Source: an uncultured delta proteobacterium
GTDB lineage: Bacteria > Myxococcota_A > Polyangia > Fen-1088
Direction: 5' to 3'
Length of the DNA stretch: 64,000 nt
NCBI GenBank assembly: GCA_963796685.1
Contig: CAWCMR010000025.1
Coordinates: 736,001 to 800,000 of the forward strand
Shown: positions 53,876-64,000 of the stretch, in pieces
Position numbering within the stretch: position 1 is the first letter of the stretch
Layout: each line of letters opens with the position of its first letter
Notes under the pieces: generated by a model
The model's database searches: none
Seen by the model: the letters and a program-made list of their open reading frames with translations, nothing else
What the model was told of the DNA's origin: nothing
Made by a program: the position numbers and the translations under genes

Positions 53876-55146
53876 CTACCTGACCTCGACCACGACGCGC
53901 ACGTCGGCGGCGCCGGCACGCCGGTTCCTGGACTTGCTGCGCACCGTGCGCAGCGATTGCCACAAGGTCATGCGCGAGGGCTCGGGCAAGCGGGCTGAAA
54001 TGTTGGCCAGCACGCCGGCCATGAACAGGCTCATGACCAGCGCTGTGCCGCCGTAGCTGACGAAGGGCAAGGGCAATCCCTTGGTGGGCAAGAGGCCCAG
54101 CACCACGCACATGTTGACGATGGTTTGCAGGCCGAAAAGACAGGTGATGCCGAAGGCCAGGTAGCAACCGTACGCGTCGCGCGCGCGCATGGAGGCGCGC
54201 AGGCCGCGCCACACCAGCAACGAAAAAGTCGCCAGCACGGCCAGGATGCCGACCAGCCCGAGCTCCTCGCCGACCACCGCAAGGATGAAGTCGGTGTGCG
54301 CCTCGGGCAGAAAGAAGAGCTTCTGATGGCCCTGACCGAGACCTTGGCCCCACACCCCGCCCGAGCCCACGCTGATGAGCGATTCGTAGAGCTGGTAGCC
54401 GGTGTTGCGGCGGTACTCCCAGGGATAGAGGAAGGCCAAGAGCCGCTTCATGCGCCAGGATTCGCCGGTGATGAACACCTTCCACCCGATGGGCGCGGCG
54501 ACGAGCACCGAAATCAAGATGTAGCTCGTGCGCGTGCCGGCCACGAACATGACCCCGAGCGCGGTGACGCCCATGATGACGGCGGTGCCGAGGTCGGGTT
54601 GCTTGAGCAGAAGCCCGAGGAAGATCCCGGTCATGATCAGGGGCGGCAGAAAGCCGATGGAGAAATCGCGCACCTTCTCGGCCTTGCGCGCGAGCAAGAC
54701 GGCCAGGTACAGCGCCAGCGCGAACTTGGCCAGCTCGGACGGCTGGAACGACAGCGGCCCCAGGCGGAACCAGCGAACCGCGCCGTTGATGGATGGGCCG
54801 AGCTTCAGCACCGCCGCCAGCAGCAGCATGCTGAGGAAGAGCAAGGGATAGGTGATCTTGCGATACACCGAGTAGTCGAGGCGCGCGCCCACGAAGAACG
54901 CAAGCAGCCCGGCGGTGGCGTAGACGGCCTCGCGCTTGAGGAAGTAGGTCCAATCGCCGTAGGTCTTGGCCGCGAACACGGCGCCGGCCGAAAACACCAT
55001 CACGATGCCGAAGCCGGTCAGGGCCAGCACTGCGGCGATCAGCCAGACGTCAGGGCCTTGCGTCGGCTCTGCGCGTTCGCCGTACTCGGCGCGCAGATCG
55101 CGCTTGCGTCCCGGCCACCAAGAGGCGATGCGCTCGCGCAGGGTCA

Positions 55147-55147
<1 letters not shown>
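53876..55147 (-). CDS. ftsW: Peptidoglycan polymerase FtsW
   Basis: FQPSELAK, QPDLGT, LPEAHTDF and LPFVSYGG motifs. Confidence 0.96.
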
Positions 55148-56552
<1,405 letters not shown>

Positions 56553-56553
<1 letters not shown>

Positions 56554-57668
56554 CAGCGAACCTTCAACGTCAGGAGCAACCCTACGATGGCGCAGAAGAA
56601 GGAAACGATCCAGAAACGCACCACGATTCGGGATTCCGGCCAGCCCTTCTTCTCGAAGTGGTGGTGGATGGGGGCCATCAAGAAGATGCGCCGCTTGGTC
56701 GCCTTGTAGTAGCCGACTTGGATGATGTCCGACAGCGCCTCGACGACGAAAATACCGCCGACCAGGGGCAGGGTCAGCTCGGTCTTGGTGGCCAGGGCCA
56801 CGAATCCGATGGCGCCGCCCAAGGCCAAGGCGCCCACGTCGCCCATGAACACCTGGGCCGGATGGGTGTTGTACCAAAGGAAGCCGATGCCCGCGCCGCC
56901 GATGGCACCGCAAAAGACCGCCAGCTCGCCCGCCCCCGCCACGTGCGCCATGCCGAGGTAGTGCGCGATATTGAAACCGGCCAGGGTCTGCCCGGCGGCG
57001 TAACACAGCAACATGTACGCGAAGGTCGAAACGATGACCGGCCCGATGGCTAGGCCGTCGAGACCGTCGGTGAGGTTGACGGCGTTCGAGGTGCCCATGA
57101 CCACGATGACCAGGCCCAAGGTGGCGTAGAGCAGAAGCGGAATCTGGATGTGGTGATGCTCGAAGTTGAGCAAGGGCACGGCGAGTCGCTGGCGAATGTC
57201 GGGTGACAAGCCGCCGCCATAGAACAGCCAGCCCACGGCCACCGCGCCCACCACGAACTGCACCAGCAGCTTGAGCTTGCCGGGGACGCCCCGTTTGTTC
57301 TTCTTGGTGATCTTCAGATAGTCGTCGACGAATCCCAAGGCTCCGTAGCCGACGGTCACGAAAAGCGCGGGCCACACCAGGGGGCTGGTGAGGTCGCACC
57401 AAAGCACGGTGCCGGTCACCAGGGCCATGATGATGAGCGCGCCGCCCATGGTGGGCGTGCCCTGCTTGCTGGCATGCCCGGCCGGCCCGTCGTCGCGAAT
57501 CACCTCGCCGAGCTGGCGGGCGCGCGCCCGGCGGATGAACCACGGCGCCACCAGGAACGTGATGAAGAGCGACGTCAGCGTGGCCAGCATGGTACGCGTC
57601 GAGACGTAGCGGAAGACGTTGAACGCCCCGAACTCGCCGCGCAGTCGTTGAAAGAGGTGAAAGAGCAT
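56553..57668 (-). CDS. mraY: Phospho-N-acetylmuramoyl-pentapeptide transferase
   Basis: KQGTPTMGG, NAVNLTDGLDGL and MAPIHHHFE motifs. Confidence 0.98.
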
Positions 57669-57671
57669 GGC

Positions 57672-59114
57672 TTAGGTTCCCAACTTTCTTTCGAGCGCAT
57701 CGAGGGCGCGCTCGAGATGCATTCCGCGCGATGCCTTCACCAAAACCCAGTCCCCCGGCTTGGACCACTCGGCCATCGCGGACGCGGCGAGCTCCGGATC
57801 CAGCGTCGCCAGCACGCGGTTGCGGTGCAATCCGGCCGCACGTGCCCCGGCCGCCAACTGCGCCGCCAGCTCGCCCACGGCGGCCAGCCCGGCGAAGCCA
57901 AGGCGCGCGACTTCCCGGCCAAGCTCGTGGTGGGCCTGGCCCGTTTCGGGACCGAGCTCCAGCATGTCGCCCAGAATCGCGAAGGCACGCGCGGAGACGC
58001 CCACGGACGCGACCACCGTGCGAAGAGCCGCCAGCATGGACGTGGGATTCGCGTTGTAGCAATCGTCCATCACCCGGCGGCCGGCGAAGACGAGAAGCCT
58101 CGACCGGTGTGGTGGCAAGGCGGCGCCTTCCATCGCCTTGGCCGCGGCGAGGATGGGAAGCTTGAACGCCGAGACCACCGCCAGGGCTGCGGCGGCGTTA
58201 CGCGCGTTGTGCTCGCCCGCGAGCGGTAGGTGTAGAACGACAGGCGTCGAGCCCACCGAAAGTCGCACCACGGATCCGAGCTCGTCCGCCGGAATGCATT
58301 CGAGAATGTGCACCTCGGCGCGCGCGGGTCGCGCGTCTTGGGGAGAGAAACGAAGCTTGCGCTCCTCGGGCAGGTGGCTGGCTTCCTGCTCCAGCAGCGG
58401 CTCGTCGGCGGGCAAGACCGCCACGCCACCGTCGGCCAGTCCGTGAAAGATCTCGCCCTTGGCGCGGGCCACTTCCGCGATGGAGCCCAGGCGTTCGAGG
58501 TGTGCGCCGGCCACGTTGGTCACGACCCCGACGTGGGGCTTGCCGATGTCGGCCAGGTACGCGATCTCGCCGCGCGCCCGCATGGCCATCTCCAGCACCC
58601 AGAAGTCTTCCTCTTCGGTCGATTCGAGGACGGTCATGGGCAAGCCGATGTCCGTGTTCAGATTGCCCTGCGTGCGCAGAACCCGGCCCCCGGCCGAGAG
58701 CGCGGCGGCGATCAGCTCCTTGGTGGTGGTCTTGCCGTTGGAGCCGGTGACGCCCACCACGCGCCCCTTGAATCGCGCCCGCACCACGCGCGCCAGATCG
58801 CCGAGCGCGCGCCGCACGTCGACCACGGCGATGACCGGCACGCCTTCGCACCCCGTCGGCATACCCCGATGAACGGCCACCACCACGGCCGCGGCGCCGG
58901 CCTTGACCGCGACCGCACAGAAGTCGAACCCATCCACGCGTTCGCCGGGCAGGGCGAAGAACAGGCGTCCCGGTTCTACCTGTCGGCTGTCGACGGCCAC
59001 GCCCGTGAAGGTGGCGCCCGCAGGCCCGGGTCCAAGGAGCATGGTCCCGCCCATGGCCGCGCAGGCCCAGTCGAGCGGGCGAACCTTGGGGGCAGAGCCC
59101 GCGGCTTCCGTCAT
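57672..59114 (-). CDS. murF: MurF ligase
   Basis: DSR, TGSNGKTTTKE, DCYNANP and VKASRG motifs. Confidence 0.96.
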   Translation of the reverse strand: MTEAAGSAPKVRPLDWACAAMGGTMLLGPGPAGATFTGVAVDSRQVEPGRLFFALPGERVDGFDFCAVAVKAGAAAVVVAVHRGMPTGCEGVPVIAVVDVRRALGDLARVVRARFKGRVVGVTGSNGKTTTKELIAAALSAGGRVLRTQGNLNTDIGLPMTVLESTEEEDFWVLEMAMRARGEIAYLADIGKPHVGVVTNVAGAHLERLGSIAEVARAKGEIFHGLADGGVAVLPADEPLLEQEASHLPEERKLRFSPQDARPARAEVHILECIPADELGSVVRLSVGSTPVVLHLPLAGEHNARNAAAALAVVSAFKLPILAAAKAMEGAALPPHRSRLLVFAGRRVMDDCYNANPTSMLAALRTVVASVGVSARAFAILGDMLELGPETGQAHHELGREVARLGFAGLAAVGELAAQLAAGARAAGLHRNRVLATLDPELAASAMAEWSKPGDWVLVKASRGMHLERALDALERKLGT

Positions 59115-60637
59115 GCACCCCTCCGCGCCGCGAAGGCGGCCGCCGCGATCTCGCGGTCGTCGAAGTGCGTCTTCTCGGTGCCGACGATCTGGTAGTCCTC
59201 GTGCCCCTTGCCCGCCAAGAGCAGCACGTCCCCCACGCGCGCCAGGGCCACCGCGCGCGAGATCGCGACTCCGCGGTCGGGCTCGACGTGGAAGCCACCC
59301 TGCCCTTGCGCGAGCTCGGCTGCGCTGCGCTCGGGCTTTCCCGTCCGGCGCACGCCCTCGACGATCATGTCGATGATCGACTCGGGCCTCTCCGTGCGCG
59401 GGTTGTCGGAGGTCACGAGCGCGATGTCGGCCCGCGCGGCCGCGGCCTCGCCCATGCGCGGGCGCTTGCCGCGATCGCGGTCGCCACCGCAGCCAAAGAC
59501 GCAAATGAGGCGGCCCTTGGTCAGGGGACGCAACACATCGAGGGCGCGTTCGAGGGCATCGGGGGTGTGGGCGTAGTCGACCACGCACAGCACGCCGGCC
59601 TCGTTGGCCACGGCCTCGAGCCGGCCCGGCACCCCGCGCAGACGGGTCACGCCCGTGGCGATGGCGCTGGCGGAGATGCCGTGACCAAGCGCGATTCCGA
59701 CGGCTGTCAGGATGTTGGCCAGGTTGAATTCTCCCACCAGTGGCGAGACGATCTCCAGCGTGCCCACCGGCGTTGCCAGGCGCGCGCGAATGCCGTCGGC
59801 GCCGAGCCGGCGCTCTACCACCGCGATGTCGGCCCCGCGCTCATGCCGGGTGAGGGTGAGAGCTTGGCAGGTTGCCTCGTTGCGCATGGCCACGCCCTGT
59901 GCGTCGTCGACGAAGAACACGCCCACCCCCTGTCCGGGCAACATCAATTCCCGGAACAGGATGCGCTTGGCGATGAAGTAGCGCTCCATCGTCCCGTGGT
60001 AATCGAGGTGGTCTTGGGTGACATTGGTGAGCGCGGCAACGCGGAAGCGACACCCGGCCAAACGGCCTTGTTCGAGCGCGATGGACGACGCCTCCATGAC
60101 CACGTCGCTCGCGCCGGCTTGCCTCATCTCGGCCAGGTTGCCGTGCAGCTCGATGGCCCCGGGCGTGGTCAGCGACGCCTCCTTCTGTCTGCCACCGAAG
60201 CGGTAGCCCACGGTGCCGATGACGCCGGTCTTGCGGCCCGCGGCAGCCAGGATGGATTCGACCAGGTAGGTCGTCGTGGTCTTGCCGTTGGTGCCGGTCA
60301 CGGCCGTCAGGGTCAGGGATGAAGCCGCCGCGAAGTGGTTGGCCGCCACCCTACCGAGGGCCTGTCGGACCTGGGGCACCAGGATCAGCGTGGCACTGCC
60401 TGCCGGCGCGTCGCCCAAAGCACTGCTTGTCTCGGTGAGAATCGCCGCCGCGCCCCTGGCCAGGGCGTCGGCGATGAACTTGCGTCCGTCCTGCTTCGAG
60501 CCCGGAATCGCCACGAAGAGATCGCCGGCGCGAACGCGGCGGGAATCGTCGCGGACCTCGCCGATCTCCAACCTGTCGGAACCCGAAACGACGTGCGCGC
60601 CGTCGACGTTCTCGAGCAGGTCCTTGAGTCGTGCCAT
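59111..60637 (-). CDS. murE: MurE ligase (meso-DAP type)
   Basis: TGTNGKTT, DYAHTPD, DNPR and AGKGHE motifs. Confidence 0.97.
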   Translation of the reverse strand: MARLKDLLENVDGAHVVSGSDRLEIGEVRDDSRRVRAGDLFVAIPGSKQDGRKFIADALARGAAAILTETSSALGDAPAGSATLILVPQVRQALGRVAANHFAAASSLTLTAVTGTNGKTTTTYLVESILAAAGRKTGVIGTVGYRFGGRQKEASLTTPGAIELHGNLAEMRQAGASDVVMEASSIALEQGRLAGCRFRVAALTNVTQDHLDYHGTMERYFIAKRILFRELMLPGQGVGVFFVDDAQGVAMRNEATCQALTLTRHERGADIAVVERRLGADGIRARLATPVGTLEIVSPLVGEFNLANILTAVGIALGHGISASAIATGVTRLRGVPGRLEAVANEAGVLCVVDYAHTPDALERALDVLRPLTKGRLICVFGCGGDRDRGKRPRMGEAAAARADIALVTSDNPRTERPESIIDMIVEGVRRTGKPERSAAELAQGQGGFHVEPDRGVAISRAVALARVGDVLLLAGKGHEDYQIVGTEKTHFDDREIAAAAFAARRGA

Positions 60638-60646
60638 GAAGACCTT

Positions 60647-62707
60647 CTAGCCTCCCCGACGCTCGAAGGAAACCCGGCACACCGCTGCCGCGGACGCCGG
60701 GCCTGGCCCGGGCGACTGGCTGGCCGCCACGCCGCTGCCTGAGGGAACCAACTCCACGCCGGCCTTGTGCGCGGCCCGGATGGCCTCGCCCATGCTCATG
60801 CCGGTAAAATCGGGACACGCCACCGGCCCGCCGCCTGACGCCGCGGGGGTGCCGTCGCCCGCTGCCAGCGCGCCGTCGTCGGCATCGACCTGCTCGCTTG
60901 CCAGCACGGCCGCCGGGTCGTCGAGCCCAGGGCTGTCGACCTCGGCCACCGGCTCGGGCGCGGGTCTGCCGGAGAGCTTGTGCTGCTTGTCGGGCTTGTC
61001 TTGCGCCATGGCGCGCGAAGAAGGCGCCACGCCGAGATAGCGAAGCGCGCTCTCGGCGATGGCTTTGAACGCGGGTGCGGCCACCACGCCGCCATAGTGG
61101 ATCCCTTGGGGCTCGTCGATCATCACGGCGATCACCAGTCGGGGATTGTCGGCGGGCACGATCCCGACGAAGGACGCGAGAAACTTCGACGGATCGTAGC
61201 GTCCGTTGCTGACCTTCTGCGCGGTGCCGGTCTTGCCCGCCACCGGATAGCCAGGAATCGCGGCGGCCTTCGCGGTTCCGTCCTCGGTCACGCCCTGCAT
61301 GATCGCCAGCAAGGTGCGCGCAGCGTGCTCGGACATCACCCGCGTCGCTCCGCGCGCCTCCGGCGGCCGTTCCACCGGCTCGATTTTGCCGTCGCTACCG
61401 ATGTAGTGCAGCGCCAGCAGCGGGGGATGGTAGACGCCATAGGCGGCGATGGCGGCGAAGCCCGCAGCGAGCTGAAGCGGCGTCACGGTCAGGCCCTGGC
61501 CGAAGGCGTGGGTGGCGAGCTCGATCTCGCCCCAGTGCGATACCGGGCGCAGGATTCCGCGCCGCTCGCCGGGCAGACCGACGTACGTCGGCCGGCCGAA
61601 ACCGAAGCGGTCGAGCGCGTTATACAAGGCCTCCTTGCCAAGGCGCCTGGCGATCTTCACGGTGCCAATGTTGCTCGAATACTTGAAGACCTCGGCCGCC
61701 GTAAGCACCCCCTTGGGGTGGTCGTCGCGGATGTGGAACTTGCCGATCTGGAGCTGCCCCATCTGGCAATCGAACTTGTCCTCGGGCCTGACCTTGCCGG
61801 CGTCCAGGGCCGCGGCGAAGGTGAAGGTCTTGAGCGTGGAGCCGGGCTCGAAGGTGTCCGAGATGGTGCGGTTGCGCGCCCCACGCTTGGCCGCATCCGC
61901 GGGATCGTTGGGGTTGTAGGTCGGCACGCTGGCCATGGCCAGGATCTCGCCGGTGCGTGGGTCGAGCATCACCGACATGCCGGCCTTGGCGTTGTGCTTG
62001 GCCACGGTCTCGCCGAGAATGCGCTCGGTTTCGTAGGTCAGGTAGCGGTCCAGGCTGAGCACCAGATCCTTGCCCGCAGACGACGACGAATCGATGGCTC
62101 CGTCCACCAGCAGGTCGCGGCCCAGGCGATCGTGCACGCCCACCATTTCCATCCCCGTGCCCTGCAGGGCTTTGTCGAAGCCCAGCTCCACGCCTTCCTG
62201 GCCCTTGCCATCCAGGCCGGCGTGGCCGATCACGGTCGCGGCCAGCGCCCCGTTGGGATAAACGCGCCGCGGCTCCTTGCGCAGCCCCACGCCGGGTATC
62301 CCAAGCGCGGTGGCGGCCTTGCTTTCGTCGGGCGTCACCCGCCGCTTGACCCAGGCGAAGTACTGCTCGCGCTTGCCAGCCAGGTTCTTGTCCAGCTCAC
62401 GCACGTCCATATGCAGAGCGGCGGCCAGCCTGCGACTTCCGTCCGGAACGAAGGCCAACTGGCGCGGGTTGCAGTACACCGAATCCAGATCCGCCGTCGA
62501 GGCCAGCTCATTGCCCTTGCGGTCGAGGATGCGGCCCCGGCGCGGCGCGATCTCGATTTCGCGCAAGTAGTTGTTTTCGGCCCACTCGCGCAGCTGGGCC
62601 GATTCGCGCACCTGGAGCTGCACCGCGCGCCGGCCTACCAGATAGGCGAGCGCCAGCAGCCCCAGTCCGAACAGGACCACGCGCAATTTGGTCCACCTGG
62701 TCGTCAC
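60647..62707 (-). CDS. ftsI: Penicillin-binding protein FtsI with PASTA domain
   Basis: EPGSTLK, SSN and KTGT motifs. Confidence 0.95.
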   Translation of the reverse strand: MTTRWTKLRVVLFGLGLLALAYLVGRRAVQLQVRESAQLREWAENNYLREIEIAPRRGRILDRKGNELASTADLDSVYCNPRQLAFVPDGSRRLAAALHMDVRELDKNLAGKREQYFAWVKRRVTPDESKAATALGIPGVGLRKEPRRVYPNGALAATVIGHAGLDGKGQEGVELGFDKALQGTGMEMVGVHDRLGRDLLVDGAIDSSSSAGKDLVLSLDRYLTYETERILGETVAKHNAKAGMSVMLDPRTGEILAMASVPTYNPNDPADAAKRGARNRTISDTFEPGSTLKTFTFAAALDAGKVRPEDKFDCQMGQLQIGKFHIRDDHPKGVLTAAEVFKYSSNIGTVKIARRLGKEALYNALDRFGFGRPTYVGLPGERRGILRPVSHWGEIELATHAFGQGLTVTPLQLAAGFAAIAAYGVYHPPLLALHYIGSDGKIEPVERPPEARGATRVMSEHAARTLLAIMQGVTEDGTAKAAAIPGYPVAGKTGTAQKVSNGRYDPSKFLASFVGIVPADNPRLVIAVMIDEPQGIHYGGVVAAPAFKAIAESALRYLGVAPSSRAMAQDKPDKQHKLSGRPAPEPVAEVDSPGLDDPAAVLASEQVDADDGALAAGDGTPAASGGGPVACPDFTGMSMGEAIRAAHKAGVELVPSGSGVAASQSPGPGPASAAAVCRVSFERRGG

Positions 62708-63075
62708 GGACTGCCCCCGTGGGGCCCCTTGGAGGGCGCCCGCTCAGCCTCTGCCAGCGGGACCGCGTGAATGTCCGCAGGCGAGGGCTCGCGCATGCCG
62801 AGTTGGTCGCGCGCGATGGCAATGATGCGCGCGGGATCCTTGAGCATGCCGACTTCGATTTCCAGATGTCGGCGCTGCAAGGTCAGCTCGCGAAAGGTCC
62901 GTTCTTCCTTGCCGAGCGCGATGGCGACCTCGATGCGCTTGGCATGAACCGCCACGTGCGCGGTCGCCCCCAGGGTCACGCCCAGCACGACCAGGCCGAT
63001 GAGCCCCAGGCTGAGCCGACGCCCGGCGCCGCCCGAGTCGACCACCGCCTTGGTGTCGGCAACCGGAGGGGTCAT
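62704..63075 (-). CDS. ftsL: Cell division protein FtsL
   Basis: One TM plus coiled coil, IARDQLGM; lies between rsmH and ftsI. Confidence 0.85.
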   Translation of the reverse strand: MTPPVADTKAVVDSGGAGRRLSLGLIGLVVLGVTLGATAHVAVHAKRIEVAIALGKEERTFRELTLQRRHLEIEVGMLKDPARIIAIARDQLGMREPSPADIHAVPLAEAERAPSKGPHGGSP

Positions 63076-63996
63076 GTGGGCAACCTTTCCACCGCGCGCA
63101 ACTTGGCCGAGCGCGAGCGCGGGTTGTGGGCGCGTTCTTGGTCGCTGGCGGTGACCACGTGTTTGGTGAGGATGCGCAGGCACGGTCCGGCCTCGGCCTC
63201 GCGGTCGGCCAGGGCGCGGAAACTGCGCTTGACCATGCGGTCTTCCAACGAATGGAAGCTGATGACGACCAGTCGTCCGCCGGGTTTGAGACACGATGGA
63301 GCATCGGCCAGGAGCTTCTCGAGGCTCGCCGAGCTCGTCGTTCAAGGCGATGCGCAGGGCCTGAAAGGTTCGCGTGGCCGGATCCTTGTTGCGCTCGCGC
63401 CTGCCGATGGCGTGGGCGACGAGCTTGGACAGGGCACCGGTCGTGGACAAGTCTTCGCTGCCGCGCGACTCGACGATGGTGCGGGCGATCTTGCGGGCAA
63501 AGCGTTCCTCGCCAAGATCCCGCAGGATCCGCTCGATCTCGTCTTCGTCCGCTCGGCGCAGGAAATCCGCCGCGGTTTCACCCTGCGACTGGTCCATACG
63601 CATGTCCAGCGGTCCGTCGTGGCGGAACGAAAATCCGCGCTCGGAACGGTCGAGTTGCATGGAGGAGACCCCCAGGTCGAGCAGACAACCATCCACCTGG
63701 GGGACGCCCACGCTCTCCAGGGTGGAGAGAAGCTCCCCGAAACGCGCGTGCGCGAGGGTCACCCTGCCGCCAAACGGTGCCAAACGGGCGCGTGCCCGTT
63801 CGATGGCCTCGAGATCCCGGTCGATACCCACAAGCCGACCATCAGGCGACGAGCGCTCCAGGATCGCGGCGGCGTGCCCACCGAGCCCGACCGTGGCGTC
63901 GCAGTAGATGCCACCGGCACACGGCGCAAGCATCGCCATGGCCTCTTCCAGAAGCACGGGCGAGTGGCCGGAGTCTTGAGCGATCTCGGTGATCAT
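63072..63996 (-). CDS. rsmH: 16S rRNA m4C1402 methyltransferase (frameshift at ~63323)
   Basis: HSPVLL, DATVGLGGH, LDLGVSS, TFQALRI, ISFHSLEDR and RSAKLR motifs. Confidence 0.95.
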
Positions 63997-64000
63997 AGAT

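Overview
High-GC bacterial chromosome segment, probably Myxococcota/Polyangia-like (inferred from its Cys/Gly-rich lipoproteins). It has three parts. (1) 1-40.8 kb is a rearranged, decaying defence and mobile region. It holds a >1,780-codon Avs/NLR-like STAND NTPase gene cut at its 5' end by an IS4-family element, and a type I R-M locus (hsdM-DUF1016-hsdS-fic-hsdR). The hsdR gene is split by the same IS, and its halves lie 26 kb apart on opposite strands. A shared 10-bp target duplication indicates that 6821-32684 was inverted between two IS copies. This part also contains a complete group II intron, an ISL3, four TA pairs, DUF5131/tcmP, and remnants of a second hsdR, a SIR2 protein and a zeta-like ATPase, many with internal deletions, interspersed with housekeeping genes (cvfB, mutS-like, sahR-ahcY). 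(2) 40.8-52.7 kb holds ordinary metabolic and stress genes (ldh, ada, MFS, aspartokinase and others). (3) 52.7-64 kb is the dcw cluster, rsmH to murG. Single-base frameshifts in murD, murG and rsmH suggest assembly indel errors, so frameshifts alone are not treated as pseudogenisation. The most unusual signals are the TSD-supported inversion, the hidden giant STAND gene, in-frame DNA palindromes in the DUF1016 variable region, repeated loss of effector domains, and recurrent leaderless-type promoters. Family assignments come from motif recognition, not database searches.
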